A stretch of 64,000 nucleotides of DNA from the NCBI GenBank assembly GCA_016184345.1, contig JACPCV010000006.1, positions 64,065 through 128,064 on the forward strand. The letters are read 5' to 3'. Under the pieces are notes generated by a model. It saw only the letters and a program-made list of their open reading frames with translations. It did no database searches and had not been told where the DNA came from. The stretch is from Candidatus Woesearchaeota archaeon. GTDB taxonomy: Archaea; Nanobdellota; Nanobdellia; Woesearchaeales; UBA10216. This document shows positions 27,100 to 35,008 of this stretch, piece after piece (position 1 is the stretch's first letter; each line of letters opens with the position of its first letter). The position numbers were made by a program, and so were the translations under genes.

Positions 27100-28350
27100 T
27101 CACGGCAGCTTCATTACTATCCTGCCTTCCTTGAACACCCTGACTGTTCCGCCGCTTTCCGAGACGACAACAGCTATTGAGTTTGTCAGCTTGGTGATTG
27201 CGGCGGAATACCTGTGCCTTGTCCCGAATCCCTCAAACCCTTCCAGGTTCGCGTCCGAAAGGTCTATGTTGATGTGCGTGCCCGCTGACAGCACCGTCCC
27301 TTTTTCGTCTATGAAGAACACCCCATCCAGCTGAGAGAACCCTTTTATGGTCTCTTTCATGTCCGGGTCTGTTATCTGCTTCATCTCTGAAGGATAATTC
27401 GCAAAGGGGTTGATGATGAGCTGCCTGGCATATTTTGACATCTCGCCCGCATCCCCGACTATGAATGCGGTTCCTATCTTCCTGCCTTCCCTGCCTTCGT
27501 TTACAATTTCCATTGCAATGTTAAGGATTGCTTCGAGCACGTCGCTGCTTATTTTCTCGGTGAGGTTGTGGATGCTCATGTTGAAGAATATCTTGTCAAC
27601 GTCAAACACAAAGATAAGCCCCTTGTAGCCGGTTCCTATGCTTTCGTCTGCCACGCAGACTATCCTTTCTCCCTTGTTTATGAAGTGCCTGTTGACAGCC
27701 TCCATGAGGATTTCCTTTACAGGGAGCGTTGAGCCTCCTATCTGCTTCCTCATCTTGGTGGTATAGCTGAGCTTTGTGTATACGTTCTTAGCTGTTTTCT
27801 TGAATATTGCCAGCTTGACGTAGATGAGATTGAAGTCCTGCGCCTCTTTCTCGGCTTTTTCGATTGAGACTATGCAGTCTGCGCCGACATCCTTGGATAG
27901 CCTTGTCGCTGCCTTTCCTATTAGTTCCTCTATGCTTGTCTGGCTGTAGGGGTCCTTGACTGCTGTGAGGCTTTCACTTTTTCTGGTGCCAGCGCTTTCC
28001 TTATGCTGGAGCTGCTTCAGCTGCTCTGAAATGAACAAGGTTTGTGACTGAGGAACCGGCTGCACCTTAAGTGTTGGTTCGGCAGCCCGGCTTACTGCGA
28101 TGTTCAGCACAGGCTTTTCTTTTTGCAGTTGCATTGGCTGCGGTTGTGATAACTGCTGAGCAGGTTTTATTTCCTCTGGTGTCTTAAAGAAGGAATTGAG
28201 CTTTTTCTGGTTGTATACACGGTCTATCTCTTCAAGCACGTTTTTCGGGATTGCATCTTTCGGGTTGATTGCCTTTTTCTGGATGACTGTGTAGCGGTAT
28301 CCCTTGAAGTCATCCTCGTCTGCTTTCAGCCTCGCAAGCTTCTTGTCCAT
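27100..28350 (-). CDS. diadenylate cyclase, DacZ/CdaZ-like (PK_C-like domain + DAC domain) with Gln/Pro-rich N-terminal region
   Basis: DAC motifs LDGVFFIDEKG...SAG and GFGTRHRYSAAIT...VVVSESGG. The ATG at 28350 lies 5 nt after the upstream mscS stop; the longer ORF start would overlap mscS. Confidence 0.8.
   Translation of the reverse strand: MDKKLARLKADEDDFKGYRYTVIQKKAINPKDAIPKNVLEEIDRVYNQKKLNSFFKTPEEIKPAQQLSQPQPMQLQKEKPVLNIAVSRAAEPTLKVQPVPQSQTLFISEQLKQLQHKESAGTRKSESLTAVKDPYSQTSIEELIGKAATRLSKDVGADCIVSIEKAEKEAQDFNLIYVKLAIFKKTAKNVYTKLSYTTKMRKQIGGSTLPVKEILMEAVNRHFINKGERIVCVADESIGTGYKGLIFVFDVDKIFFNMSIHNLTEKISSDVLEAILNIAMEIVNEGREGRKIGTAFIVGDAGEMSKYARQLIINPFANYPSEMKQITDPDMKETIKGFSQLDGVFFIDEKGTVLSAGTHINIDLSDANLEGFEGFGTRHRYSAAITKLTNSIAVVVSESGGTVRVFKEGRIVMKLP
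27104..27168. repeat. 65-bp direct repeat, right copy (functional 3' end of the diadenylate cyclase gene)
   Basis: Identical to 24924-24988; offset exactly 2180 bp. Confidence 0.9.
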
Positions 28351-28355
28351 CTTAA

Positions 28356-29231
28356 TCAGGCCTTCCACTCGTTCCTGAATTTTGCAAGCACTTTTTTGGT
28401 GACTTCGCTTTTGACAGACTGGAGCTCTTTCACGTTGCACAGGTACCTCAGCGCAAGCTCAACATACGGCGCGTTTGAGGCCAGGTACTCAATCCTTGCC
28501 CTCACCTCAGGCTTTACTTCAGCGTTCCATTTCTTTGAGGCAGCCTTCATTTCTTTGCCAATCACTTCCTCCGCGCATTCAAGGAGCTTTTTTTCAACCT
28601 TCCTGAGGTTGGCCTGGGGCGGCACCCTTACCTTAAGCTCGTTCCATACAAGGGCTGAGCCTTTGGTATAATTAACGATAGGATGAGTCAGGACCATCTC
28701 GTTAGGTACATACGCCATCCTCCCTGTTTGCTCGTCCTTTTCAATCAGGCTTATGTGCGTGTGCATGAGCGCAATGTCGTGCACATACCCTCCGACATTC
28801 CCTATGTCTACTCTGTCGCCAATCCTGAAAGGCCTCTTGGCTACTATCAGGAACCACCCTACTATGTTGAGTATGGGCCTTTGCAATGCAAGGGTCAGGC
28901 CGGCGGCCAGCAGCCCTATTGAGGTAATGGCAGGCCCTATTACCCCGTAAAGCAGTAACATGGCAACAAGGATAAGGATTATCAAGACGACATACTTGTA
29001 AACAGAGGTCATCTGCTTAAGCTCGCCTTTGTCTTTTGTCTTTGCATATCTCTGCAGCAGCAGCACGCCTATCCTCGTGATAATGCTTGAGGCTATAACT
29101 ACAAGCAGGATTACCAGAAGTTTTGTGAGCGCATTGTAATATGCTGTGAGGCTTTGCTGTTTAGCCAGGTATGCAGCAGCGCCTGTAGCGGCTGTGAGCA
29201 GAAGAAGCAGTAAAGTTCCAATGTGCTTCAT
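28356..29231 (-). CDS. small-conductance mechanosensitive channel (MscS family)
   Basis: Signal/TM N-terminus, three TM segments, then RPFRIGDRVDIGNVGGYVHDIALMHTHI...AYVPNEMVLTHPIVNYT. Confidence 0.85.
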   Translation of the reverse strand: MKHIGTLLLLLLTAATGAAAYLAKQQSLTAYYNALTKLLVILLVVIASSIITRIGVLLLQRYAKTKDKGELKQMTSVYKYVVLIILILVAMLLLYGVIGPAITSIGLLAAGLTLALQRPILNIVGWFLIVAKRPFRIGDRVDIGNVGGYVHDIALMHTHISLIEKDEQTGRMAYVPNEMVLTHPIVNYTKGSALVWNELKVRVPPQANLRKVEKKLLECAEEVIGKEMKAASKKWNAEVKPEVRARIEYLASNAPYVELALRYLCNVKELQSVKSEVTKKVLAKFRNEWKA

Positions 29232-29256
29232 CGCTGCGCCTCATTTTTCGCCCTTT

Positions 29257-29328
29257 AATAAAAAAGTAAGGCTCCCTAACGTGAGTTGGGGGTATGGGAG
29301 AGAAGTCTCTTTAGGGAGCCCCTTTTTT
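29257..29328. terminator. 10-bp hairpin (GGCTCCCTAA/TTAGGGAGCC, 31-nt loop) flanked by A6 and T6: bidirectional terminator-like structure
   Basis: Read directly from the sequence. Lies downstream of vapC and only ~25-40 nt upstream of the mscS start codon. Confidence 0.5.
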
Positions 29329-29486
29329 CAAATATCAGGCAATATGGCATAACCAATATATAAATGTTACGTTTTTGTATACTGGAATAGGAATGTATCT
29401 GTTATGACTACTGCTGAGTGCGGCATGACAAGCGCCCGGACGGGGCATTCTTGTAAAATCCGGATAGGCGAACCAGGGAATGCGAC

Positions 29487-29879
29487 TCAGTAAATTGCTA
29501 TGTCTTTTATCCTCTGAAAGTCGCTTTTGTTAGCTGTTACGATCGTCTGGCAGCCGTTAGTCAGCATTGCACCTGCGATAAGCGTGTCAAGAACATTTAT
29601 CATCATACCTTTGTTCTCAAGCTCCGCAGCTATGGCCGCTGCCTTTTTGGCAGCCCTTGGGTCCATATTTATTACGGGACAGGAATTGAAGAATGCCTCT
29701 GCGACCTCCATTGCTTTATTGTCCTTTCTTCTCAGGAGCCCGTGCATTACTTCGAAAACGTTTATGCTTGTTGTACATGGAAAAGTTTCTCTTGTAACAT
29801 CTGCTATTTGCTCTATCGCTGCCGATTTTCCTCTAAGAAAATCGATGATTAGCGTGCTATCCATGCACACATTTTTCAT
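29487..29879 (-). CDS. vapC: PIN-domain toxin
   Basis: MDSTLIIDFLRG... with conserved acidic residues, and C-terminal TIVTANKSDFQRI. ATGA overlap with the upstream antitoxin gene. Confidence 0.85.
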   Translation of the reverse strand: MKNVCMDSTLIIDFLRGKSAAIEQIADVTRETFPCTTSINVFEVMHGLLRRKDNKAMEVAEAFFNSCPVINMDPRAAKKAAAIAAELENKGMMINVLDTLIAGAMLTNGCQTIVTANKSDFQRIKDIAIY

Positions 29880-30124
29880 TTGAACCTCTCCTTGAAACGT
29901 TCCCTGAACTGCTTGGACGCGCGCGCACGCATCTGCCTGATGCCTGACTTAATCTCTTCCGTTTCCTCATCACTGAGGTAGCTTAAGGCTCCCGCAAACC
30001 GCATGATGTCCTGTTTGCCTCCTGTAATTCGCTTTATCTCCTCGCTGAAGCTTTCCTCTGGCCTCTTGAGGGCTTTCAGCCGCTCATACGCGTCCTTTGT
30101 CACAGTTATCGTTTTAGTCACCAT
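29876..30124 (-). CDS. vapB: VapB-type antitoxin (archaeal ribbon-helix-helix-like, 82 aa)
   Basis: MVTKTITVTKDAYERLKALKRPEESFSEEI resembles archaeal putative antitoxins paired with PIN toxins; 4-nt overlap with vapC. Confidence 0.7.
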   Translation of the reverse strand: MVTKTITVTKDAYERLKALKRPEESFSEEIKRITGGKQDIMRFAGALSYLSDEETEEIKSGIRQMRARASKQFRERFKERFK

Positions 30125-30150
30125 AAACGTATGTTTAAACATACGTGTAT

Positions 30151-30681
30151 TTAACCTTTGCGGTTTTGCTGCTGGTCAGCCGTGGCTGCCTGCTTTCTCT
30201 TTCCGGCTGCTGAATCGTCAAACAGGAACCATGCCGTCTGGGGGTCTGCAAGAAAGCTCTCCTGCTTTACCTCGTCTATGATAAAGTACACTTCCTTTTG
30301 CTTTATCCTGAATTTCCTTTCAAGCTGCTCGATGAACTCCTCCATTTCCCCCATTTGCCTGAATATGACATCCAGAAGGAAGTCATAGCCGTTGTTAATC
30401 CTGTACAGGGAGTTCACGTTCTGGTGCTTTTCGAGGAACTGGCTTATCTCGTGCTTCTGCTCCTTGTCTACCTTCAGGATTATGGTTGCCCTTGAGTTGA
30501 AGCCAATCTCGGTGTTGTTTATGATGCAGGTGTACTTTGCTATGTAGCTGCCCAGGGGGTTTCTGATGCGCTCAAACAGGGTTGAGACAGGGATGTCTGT
30601 CTGTGTGCTTATGTGCTTGAGCTTGGCCCTGCCGTTCTTTCTCAGGTGCGCCAGTAAAACTACGTCCCTCTTTTCCATCAT
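30151..30681 (-). CDS. Lrp/AsnC-family transcriptional regulator
   Basis: N-terminal HTH (DVVLLAHLRKNGRAKLKHISTQTDIPVSTLFERIRN) and a C-terminal RAM-like domain. Start at the ATG pair 30681/30678. Confidence 0.8.
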   Translation of the reverse strand: MMEKRDVVLLAHLRKNGRAKLKHISTQTDIPVSTLFERIRNPLGSYIAKYTCIINNTEIGFNSRATIILKVDKEQKHEISQFLEKHQNVNSLYRINNGYDFLLDVIFRQMGEMEEFIEQLERKFRIKQKEVYFIIDEVKQESFLADPQTAWFLFDDSAAGKRKQAATADQQQNRKG

Positions 30682-30864
30682 GCAAATCACCTCTTTTTTA
30701 TCTCGGCAACAGCGGATTATCCAGGCAGCTGCCAAAACTTCTTCCGTTGAAACCGTATATTGTCCGAGAATTAGTTAAGATTTTTTCATAGGGAGTATAA
30801 GGTGGCTTATAGGTGGGGCAGCTTAGCAAAAACGTTATAAAAGTGAAAGCTTCCCGCAGCCTTC

Positions 30865-32094
30865 ATGAGGTTCGCGCACTTTGCTGACATCCACATCGGC
30901 TCCTGGGCTGATGAGCGGCTCGCTGAGGCAAGCACAAGGGCATTCATGAAAGCTGTTGACGCCTGCGTTGAGAAGGCTGTTGACTTCATACTCATCTCTG
31001 GCGACTTCTTTAACACATCCTTGCCGTCTATAGACCGGCTCAAGGAAGTCACCAGCAAGCTGAAGGAGCTTGCTGACATGAACATTCCTGTTTACATCAT
31101 ACCAGGCAGCCATGATTTCTCGCCAACAGGCAAGACCATGCTTGACGTCTTGGAGAATGCCGGGCTTTTAACCAATGTAATGCGGGGCAGCAGTGGCGAA
31201 GATGGGAAGCTCAGCCTGAAATTCACGACTGATAGGAAGACGGGCGCCAAAATCACTGGAATTGGCGGCAAGAAGGGAATGCTGGACAAGCATTATTACG
31301 GGCAGCTGGTGCTTGAGAGCCTGGAAAAGGAAGCCGGCTTCAGGATTTTCATGTTCCACACTGCCCTTGAGGAGTTCAAGCCAAAGGGCATGGAGCAGAT
31401 GGACGCTGTTCCGCTGGCAATGCTGCCGAAAGGGTTCAGTTATTATGCAGGCGGCCACATACACAGGGTGTTTGAAAGGTCTGTCCCGGGCTACGGCCTC
31501 ATAACGATGCCAGGCCCGCTCTTCCCGAATAATTTTGACGAGCTTGAGCTGGTTGGCAATGGCGGATTCTACATAATTGAGTCTTCGTCAGATGGCAAGG
31601 TAAAGGCAACACATCACCCTGTTATTATCCATAACGTCTACACGATAAATGTTGATGCTGAGAAGAAAACCCCTGAGGAAGTTACTGATGCGCTTATGGC
31701 CGCAATTGGGCAAAAGGAGTTTTACAATACGATAGTCCTTGTCAGGGTTGCCGGAAAGCTCCGCTCTGGGAAAACCAGTGACATTGGCTTCAGGCAGTTT
31801 TTGGAGGCAGTCTATGAAAAGCGGGCAGTATATGTTGCCAGGAACACCTCCAAGCTGGTTGGGAAGGACTTTGAGGAGATTAAGGTTGACTACCACAGCG
31901 TTGAGGACATTGAACAAAAGCTGATAGTTGAGCACGCCGGCCAGTCAAAGGCATTCCCTGTTGACAGGGAGAAGGACCTTGCCCACAAGCTTCTCCACAT
32001 ACTTGCAAAGGAGAAGGAGGAGGGCGAGACAACGGCTGATTTTGAGAAGCGCGTAAAGGAGGATTTTGCAAAGGTTGTTGGGATAAAGCTATGA
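30865..32094 (+). CDS. mre11: Mre11/SbcD-type metallophosphoesterase nuclease
   Basis: Phosphoesterase motifs FAHFADIHIG, SGDFFN, IIPGSHD, MFHT and GGHIH. No rad50 follows. Confidence 0.8.
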   Translation: MRFAHFADIHIGSWADERLAEASTRAFMKAVDACVEKAVDFILISGDFFNTSLPSIDRLKEVTSKLKELADMNIPVYIIPGSHDFSPTGKTMLDVLENAGLLTNVMRGSSGEDGKLSLKFTTDRKTGAKITGIGGKKGMLDKHYYGQLVLESLEKEAGFRIFMFHTALEEFKPKGMEQMDAVPLAMLPKGFSYYAGGHIHRVFERSVPGYGLITMPGPLFPNNFDELELVGNGGFYIIESSSDGKVKATHHPVIIHNVYTINVDAEKKTPEEVTDALMAAIGQKEFYNTIVLVRVAGKLRSGKTSDIGFRQFLEAVYEKRAVYVARNTSKLVGKDFEEIKVDYHSVEDIEQKLIVEHAGQSKAFPVDREKDLAHKLLHILAKEKEEGETTADFEKRVKEDFAKVVGIKL

Positions 32095-32163
32095 TGTGCC
32101 TTAATTATCTGGTCTTCTTTTTGACAAAAACCTTTTAAATAGTATGTCTCAGCTATACCATTT

Positions 32164-32709
32164 ATGGCTAGCCCGAGCAAGGAGGAAAGCATACTGCAGC
32201 TCATTTTGGAGAGCAGCCCGCTGAAAGAATGGCACTTTGGAGAGATAGTGGCCGAATCTAAAGTCTCTAGGGCAGTGGCAAACAAATGGCTGAAAAAATA
32301 TGTTAAGGAAGGATTGCTTAAAAGGGTTAAAACTCAGGGCAGGTTTCCATATATAACAGCCGGAGGCAATAATCCTGTTTACCAATCCAGGAAGCGGCTG
32401 TACGCTTTGGAAATGCTTCATAAGAGCAGGTTGATGCAACAGCTGATTTCATTAAAAAGTGCAAAAACAGTGGTGATTTTTGGAAGCATTGCCAGGGGAG
32501 ACTGGTATAAAAGCTCAGACATAGACATATTCATATACGGCAGGGCTGAGGGGCTGAACAAAGGCCTTTATGAGTCTAGGTTAAAGAGAAGCATTGAGAT
32601 TCACGAGTTTGAAAGCCGGAAAGAGCTTAAGGAAGTAAAAACCGGCTTGCTGACAAACGTGCTCAACGGCTATCTGGTCAAAGGGCAAATGCAGGACATT
32701 ACCGGATGA
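32164..32709 (+). CDS. wHTH + minimal nucleotidyltransferase (MNT-like)
   Basis: NTase motif VVIFGSIARGDWYKSSDIDIFIYG (G-S ... D-x-D). N-terminal winged-helix-like segment. TATA-like TTTTAAATA about 28 nt upstream. Confidence 0.75.
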   Translation: MASPSKEESILQLILESSPLKEWHFGEIVAESKVSRAVANKWLKKYVKEGLLKRVKTQGRFPYITAGGNNPVYQSRKRLYALEMLHKSRLMQQLISLKSAKTVVIFGSIARGDWYKSSDIDIFIYGRAEGLNKGLYESRLKRSIEIHEFESRKELKEVKTGLLTNVLNGYLVKGQMQDITG

Positions 32710-32721
32710 TGTGGAGTAGAG

Positions 32722-33225
32722 TCACTTTACGCGCCTGCTTTCTTCTTCTTTCATTTTCTCTCCTATGACGTTTTTAAGAGCATTGATATGAAGCTCAAAA
32801 TTCAGCCTGAACTGTTTCCAGTCATCATATTTCAAAAGCTGCCCGCGGTAATTTATCGCGTTTCTTTTAAGCCTTACCGTTTCGAGGAATTCCCAGTTCA
32901 GCTCAAGCTCGGCATGCTTAAAGCAGATGTAGGCGTTCTTGCACTGGTGGCTGTCTGCTTCAATTCCATCAAACAAGAGAAAAGCTTCAATCAGCCCACG
33001 CAAGGATTCATAGTAGTCCCTGAAGACAAAAGTCCAGTCAGTGCTGTTCTTTGGGATGTCTTTTGACATGCCATTGATAAAGTCCAGCCCCTTCTCAGCA
33101 ACTGTTTTCAGTGATTTGATTAGTTCTAAGTCAATTGCCTTCTCTTTGAATTTGCCTGAGCTCATGCAAAGAGCGAATGTGCTTTTCAAATCGTCTATCC
33201 TGACCTTCATTATGCCTCTTCTCAT
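32722..33225 (-). CDS. HEPN-like domain protein
   Basis: All-helical, with the motif ETVRLKRNAINYRG (R-x4-Y type seen in PF05168-like HEPN). Last gene of the S8 / 97-aa / HEPN operon. Paralogous fragment at 52037..52351. Confidence 0.55.
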   Translation of the reverse strand: MRRGIMKVRIDDLKSTFALCMSSGKFKEKAIDLELIKSLKTVAEKGLDFINGMSKDIPKNSTDWTFVFRDYYESLRGLIEAFLLFDGIEADSHQCKNAYICFKHAELELNWEFLETVRLKRNAINYRGQLLKYDDWKQFRLNFELHINALKNVIGEKMKEEESRRVK

Positions 33226-33230
33226 TCAAT

Positions 33231-33524
33231 TTATGGTTTTGGCTGCTCAATGCCTTGCGCTCTCATGATTCCCTGCTCTTTCACAACATAGCCGTCCTTA
33301 ACCAACATGTCAATTATTTCCTTTTCTTTTATGACTGCAGCAATTGCCTTAACATACTCAAACTTTCTGAAGCCGAACTTCCCGCTGCCGTACTGCTGCA
33401 GCAGCTCATCCGCTTTCTGAAGAAGGTTGTCATAGCGTTGCTGCCGCTCAGCAGCATCAAGCCCCTTGGTTTCGGCATACACTATGTAAGCGTCCTTTAC
33501 AGTATTTTCCAGGTCATTGCTCAT
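33231..33524 (-). CDS. hypothetical protein (97 aa), translationally coupled to the subtilase
   Basis: ATGA overlap with the upstream S8 gene and a 5-nt gap to the downstream HEPN-like gene. Helical; no motif recognised. Confidence 0.5.
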   Translation of the reverse strand: MSNDLENTVKDAYIVYAETKGLDAAERQQRYDNLLQKADELLQQYGSGKFGFRKFEYVKAIAAVIKEKEIIDMLVKDGYVVKEQGIMRAQGIEQPKP

Positions 33525-34852
33525 GAGAACATCCTCCTCAGCTCAGCAACAGCATCATCTGCAAACCCTTTAAGGGCAGCGTCTGCCTTTTTTTCAAGCC
33601 GCAAATATCCTTTCAGCAGCGGCAGTAATGCCTTTTTGCCTGCATAATGGCTGTTTTCAGACAGGTAGCTTGCTATGTTGTCAACCCTCACCAATCCTGC
33701 GCCAAAGGTGTCGGCTTCGCCAAGCTTTTCAGCCTCTTTCTTCATCACATCCTCCAGACTGCTGCCCTCATGCGAAATTGAAAGTGCCAGTGCAAGGCTG
33801 CCTGCAACATGGGGCGAGGCCATTGATGTTCCGGTGAGTGTGGCATAACGCTCGTCCAAATAAGTTGATAATATGCCAACCCCGGGAGCTGCTATGTCGT
33901 TTGTTTCGTAGATGCTGCTGAAGTCAGGATGCCCAAGCTCTTCGTCAACAGCAGCAACGGCGATAACCGACTCCCCGAAAGCGGCGGGATAGTTTGCGCC
34001 GTAACCGTTGTTGCCCGCAGCCGCAACAAGGAGTATTCCCTGCTGCCATGCGTAGCTGCACACTTCTTCAAGGGCTTGCGATGCAACAGGGCTGCCAAAG
34101 CTCATGTTGGCAACATCAACCTTGTTTTTTATGCACCATTCTATTCCTGCTATGGCGTCTGCCTCGCTTCCTGAGCCGTTTTCATCCAGCACCCTAACGG
34201 CATACAATCCTGAGCCTGGCGCAACGCCGTAACCGACAGATGCTACTATTCCCGCGACGTGAGTGCCGTGGCCGTTCTCGTCCATCGGCTCTTCAGTGTT
34301 ATTTACAAAGTCATAGCCCTTGTCGCTGCCAAACCTGCCTCTAAGCTGGCTGTGGCTGTAGTCAATGCCGGTGTCTATGACTGCAACCTTAACACCATCG
34401 CCAGAGGCATATTGCTGCGCCTTGTACGCTCCTATTGCTTCAAGGTTCCACAGCGAGGATTTTGTTCTTGGCCTTTCAATAACCACTGCTGCTGTTGCTT
34501 TTCTGGCTTTTATCTTCGGGATGGAAAAGTTGTTTGAAACATCAATCCCTGATATTGCCGGAATAATATGCCTGAATGCCTTTTCAAACACGCTGTCGCT
34601 GACATTGCCTGATGACGCCTTCTGCAGTATGTCTGCATAGTCTGCATCACATTTTAAGCTGAGGTAAGGGACAAACTCATAGACATGCCTTACCTGCCCT
34701 ATCCTTTCAAGCTGCCGTGCAACCTCTTCCTTCCTTGCTGCCTCTGTCCCGATTATCAGCTCAAGCTCGCTCTTGCTGCCTTTGGCAGCTGTGATGGCAT
34801 CAGTTAAGGCGCGCTTTCTCCTCGCTGACAATGAAGCCGTGTTGCGCTGCAT
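33521..34852 (-). CDS. subtilisin-like serine protease (S8) without signal peptide, with I9-like propeptide
   Basis: Catalytic triad motifs VAVIDTGIDYSH, HGTHVAG and GTSMASPHVAG. N-terminus hydrophilic; extra ~60-aa helical C-terminal tail. Confidence 0.9.
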   Translation of the reverse strand: MQRNTASLSARRKRALTDAITAAKGSKSELELIIGTEAARKEEVARQLERIGQVRHVYEFVPYLSLKCDADYADILQKASSGNVSDSVFEKAFRHIIPAISGIDVSNNFSIPKIKARKATAAVVIERPRTKSSLWNLEAIGAYKAQQYASGDGVKVAVIDTGIDYSHSQLRGRFGSDKGYDFVNNTEEPMDENGHGTHVAGIVASVGYGVAPGSGLYAVRVLDENGSGSEADAIAGIEWCIKNKVDVANMSFGSPVASQALEEVCSYAWQQGILLVAAAGNNGYGANYPAAFGESVIAVAAVDEELGHPDFSSIYETNDIAAPGVGILSTYLDERYATLTGTSMASPHVAGSLALALSISHEGSSLEDVMKKEAEKLGEADTFGAGLVRVDNIASYLSENSHYAGKKALLPLLKGYLRLEKKADAALKGFADDAVAELRRMFS

Positions 34853-35008
34853 GTACTACAGCGTCATTTGAAGTTTAAAGTGCTTTGCGGTGGAAAAGCC
34901 GAAAATACGGCGGAGAATTCGCAAAATATCCGTTGCTGCCGGGAAAATTTTCGGAAAAAAGCTGTTTTTGTGAAAATTATCCGCTTTTCCTGAATTTTCC
35001 ACGAGGGA

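Noticed and set aside
28351-28440. Upstream extension of the diadenylate cyclase ORF overlapping the mscS 3' end
   Set aside because: The ATG at 28350 lies 5 nt after the mscS stop, which gives a normal operon junction. The extension would overlap mscS by 85 nt.
29404-29493. 29-codon plus-strand ORF (MTTAECGMTSARTGHSCKIRIGEPGNATQ) between mscS and vapC
   Set aside because: No ribosome-binding motif or promoter, and it overlaps the vapC 3' end. Likely fortuitous.
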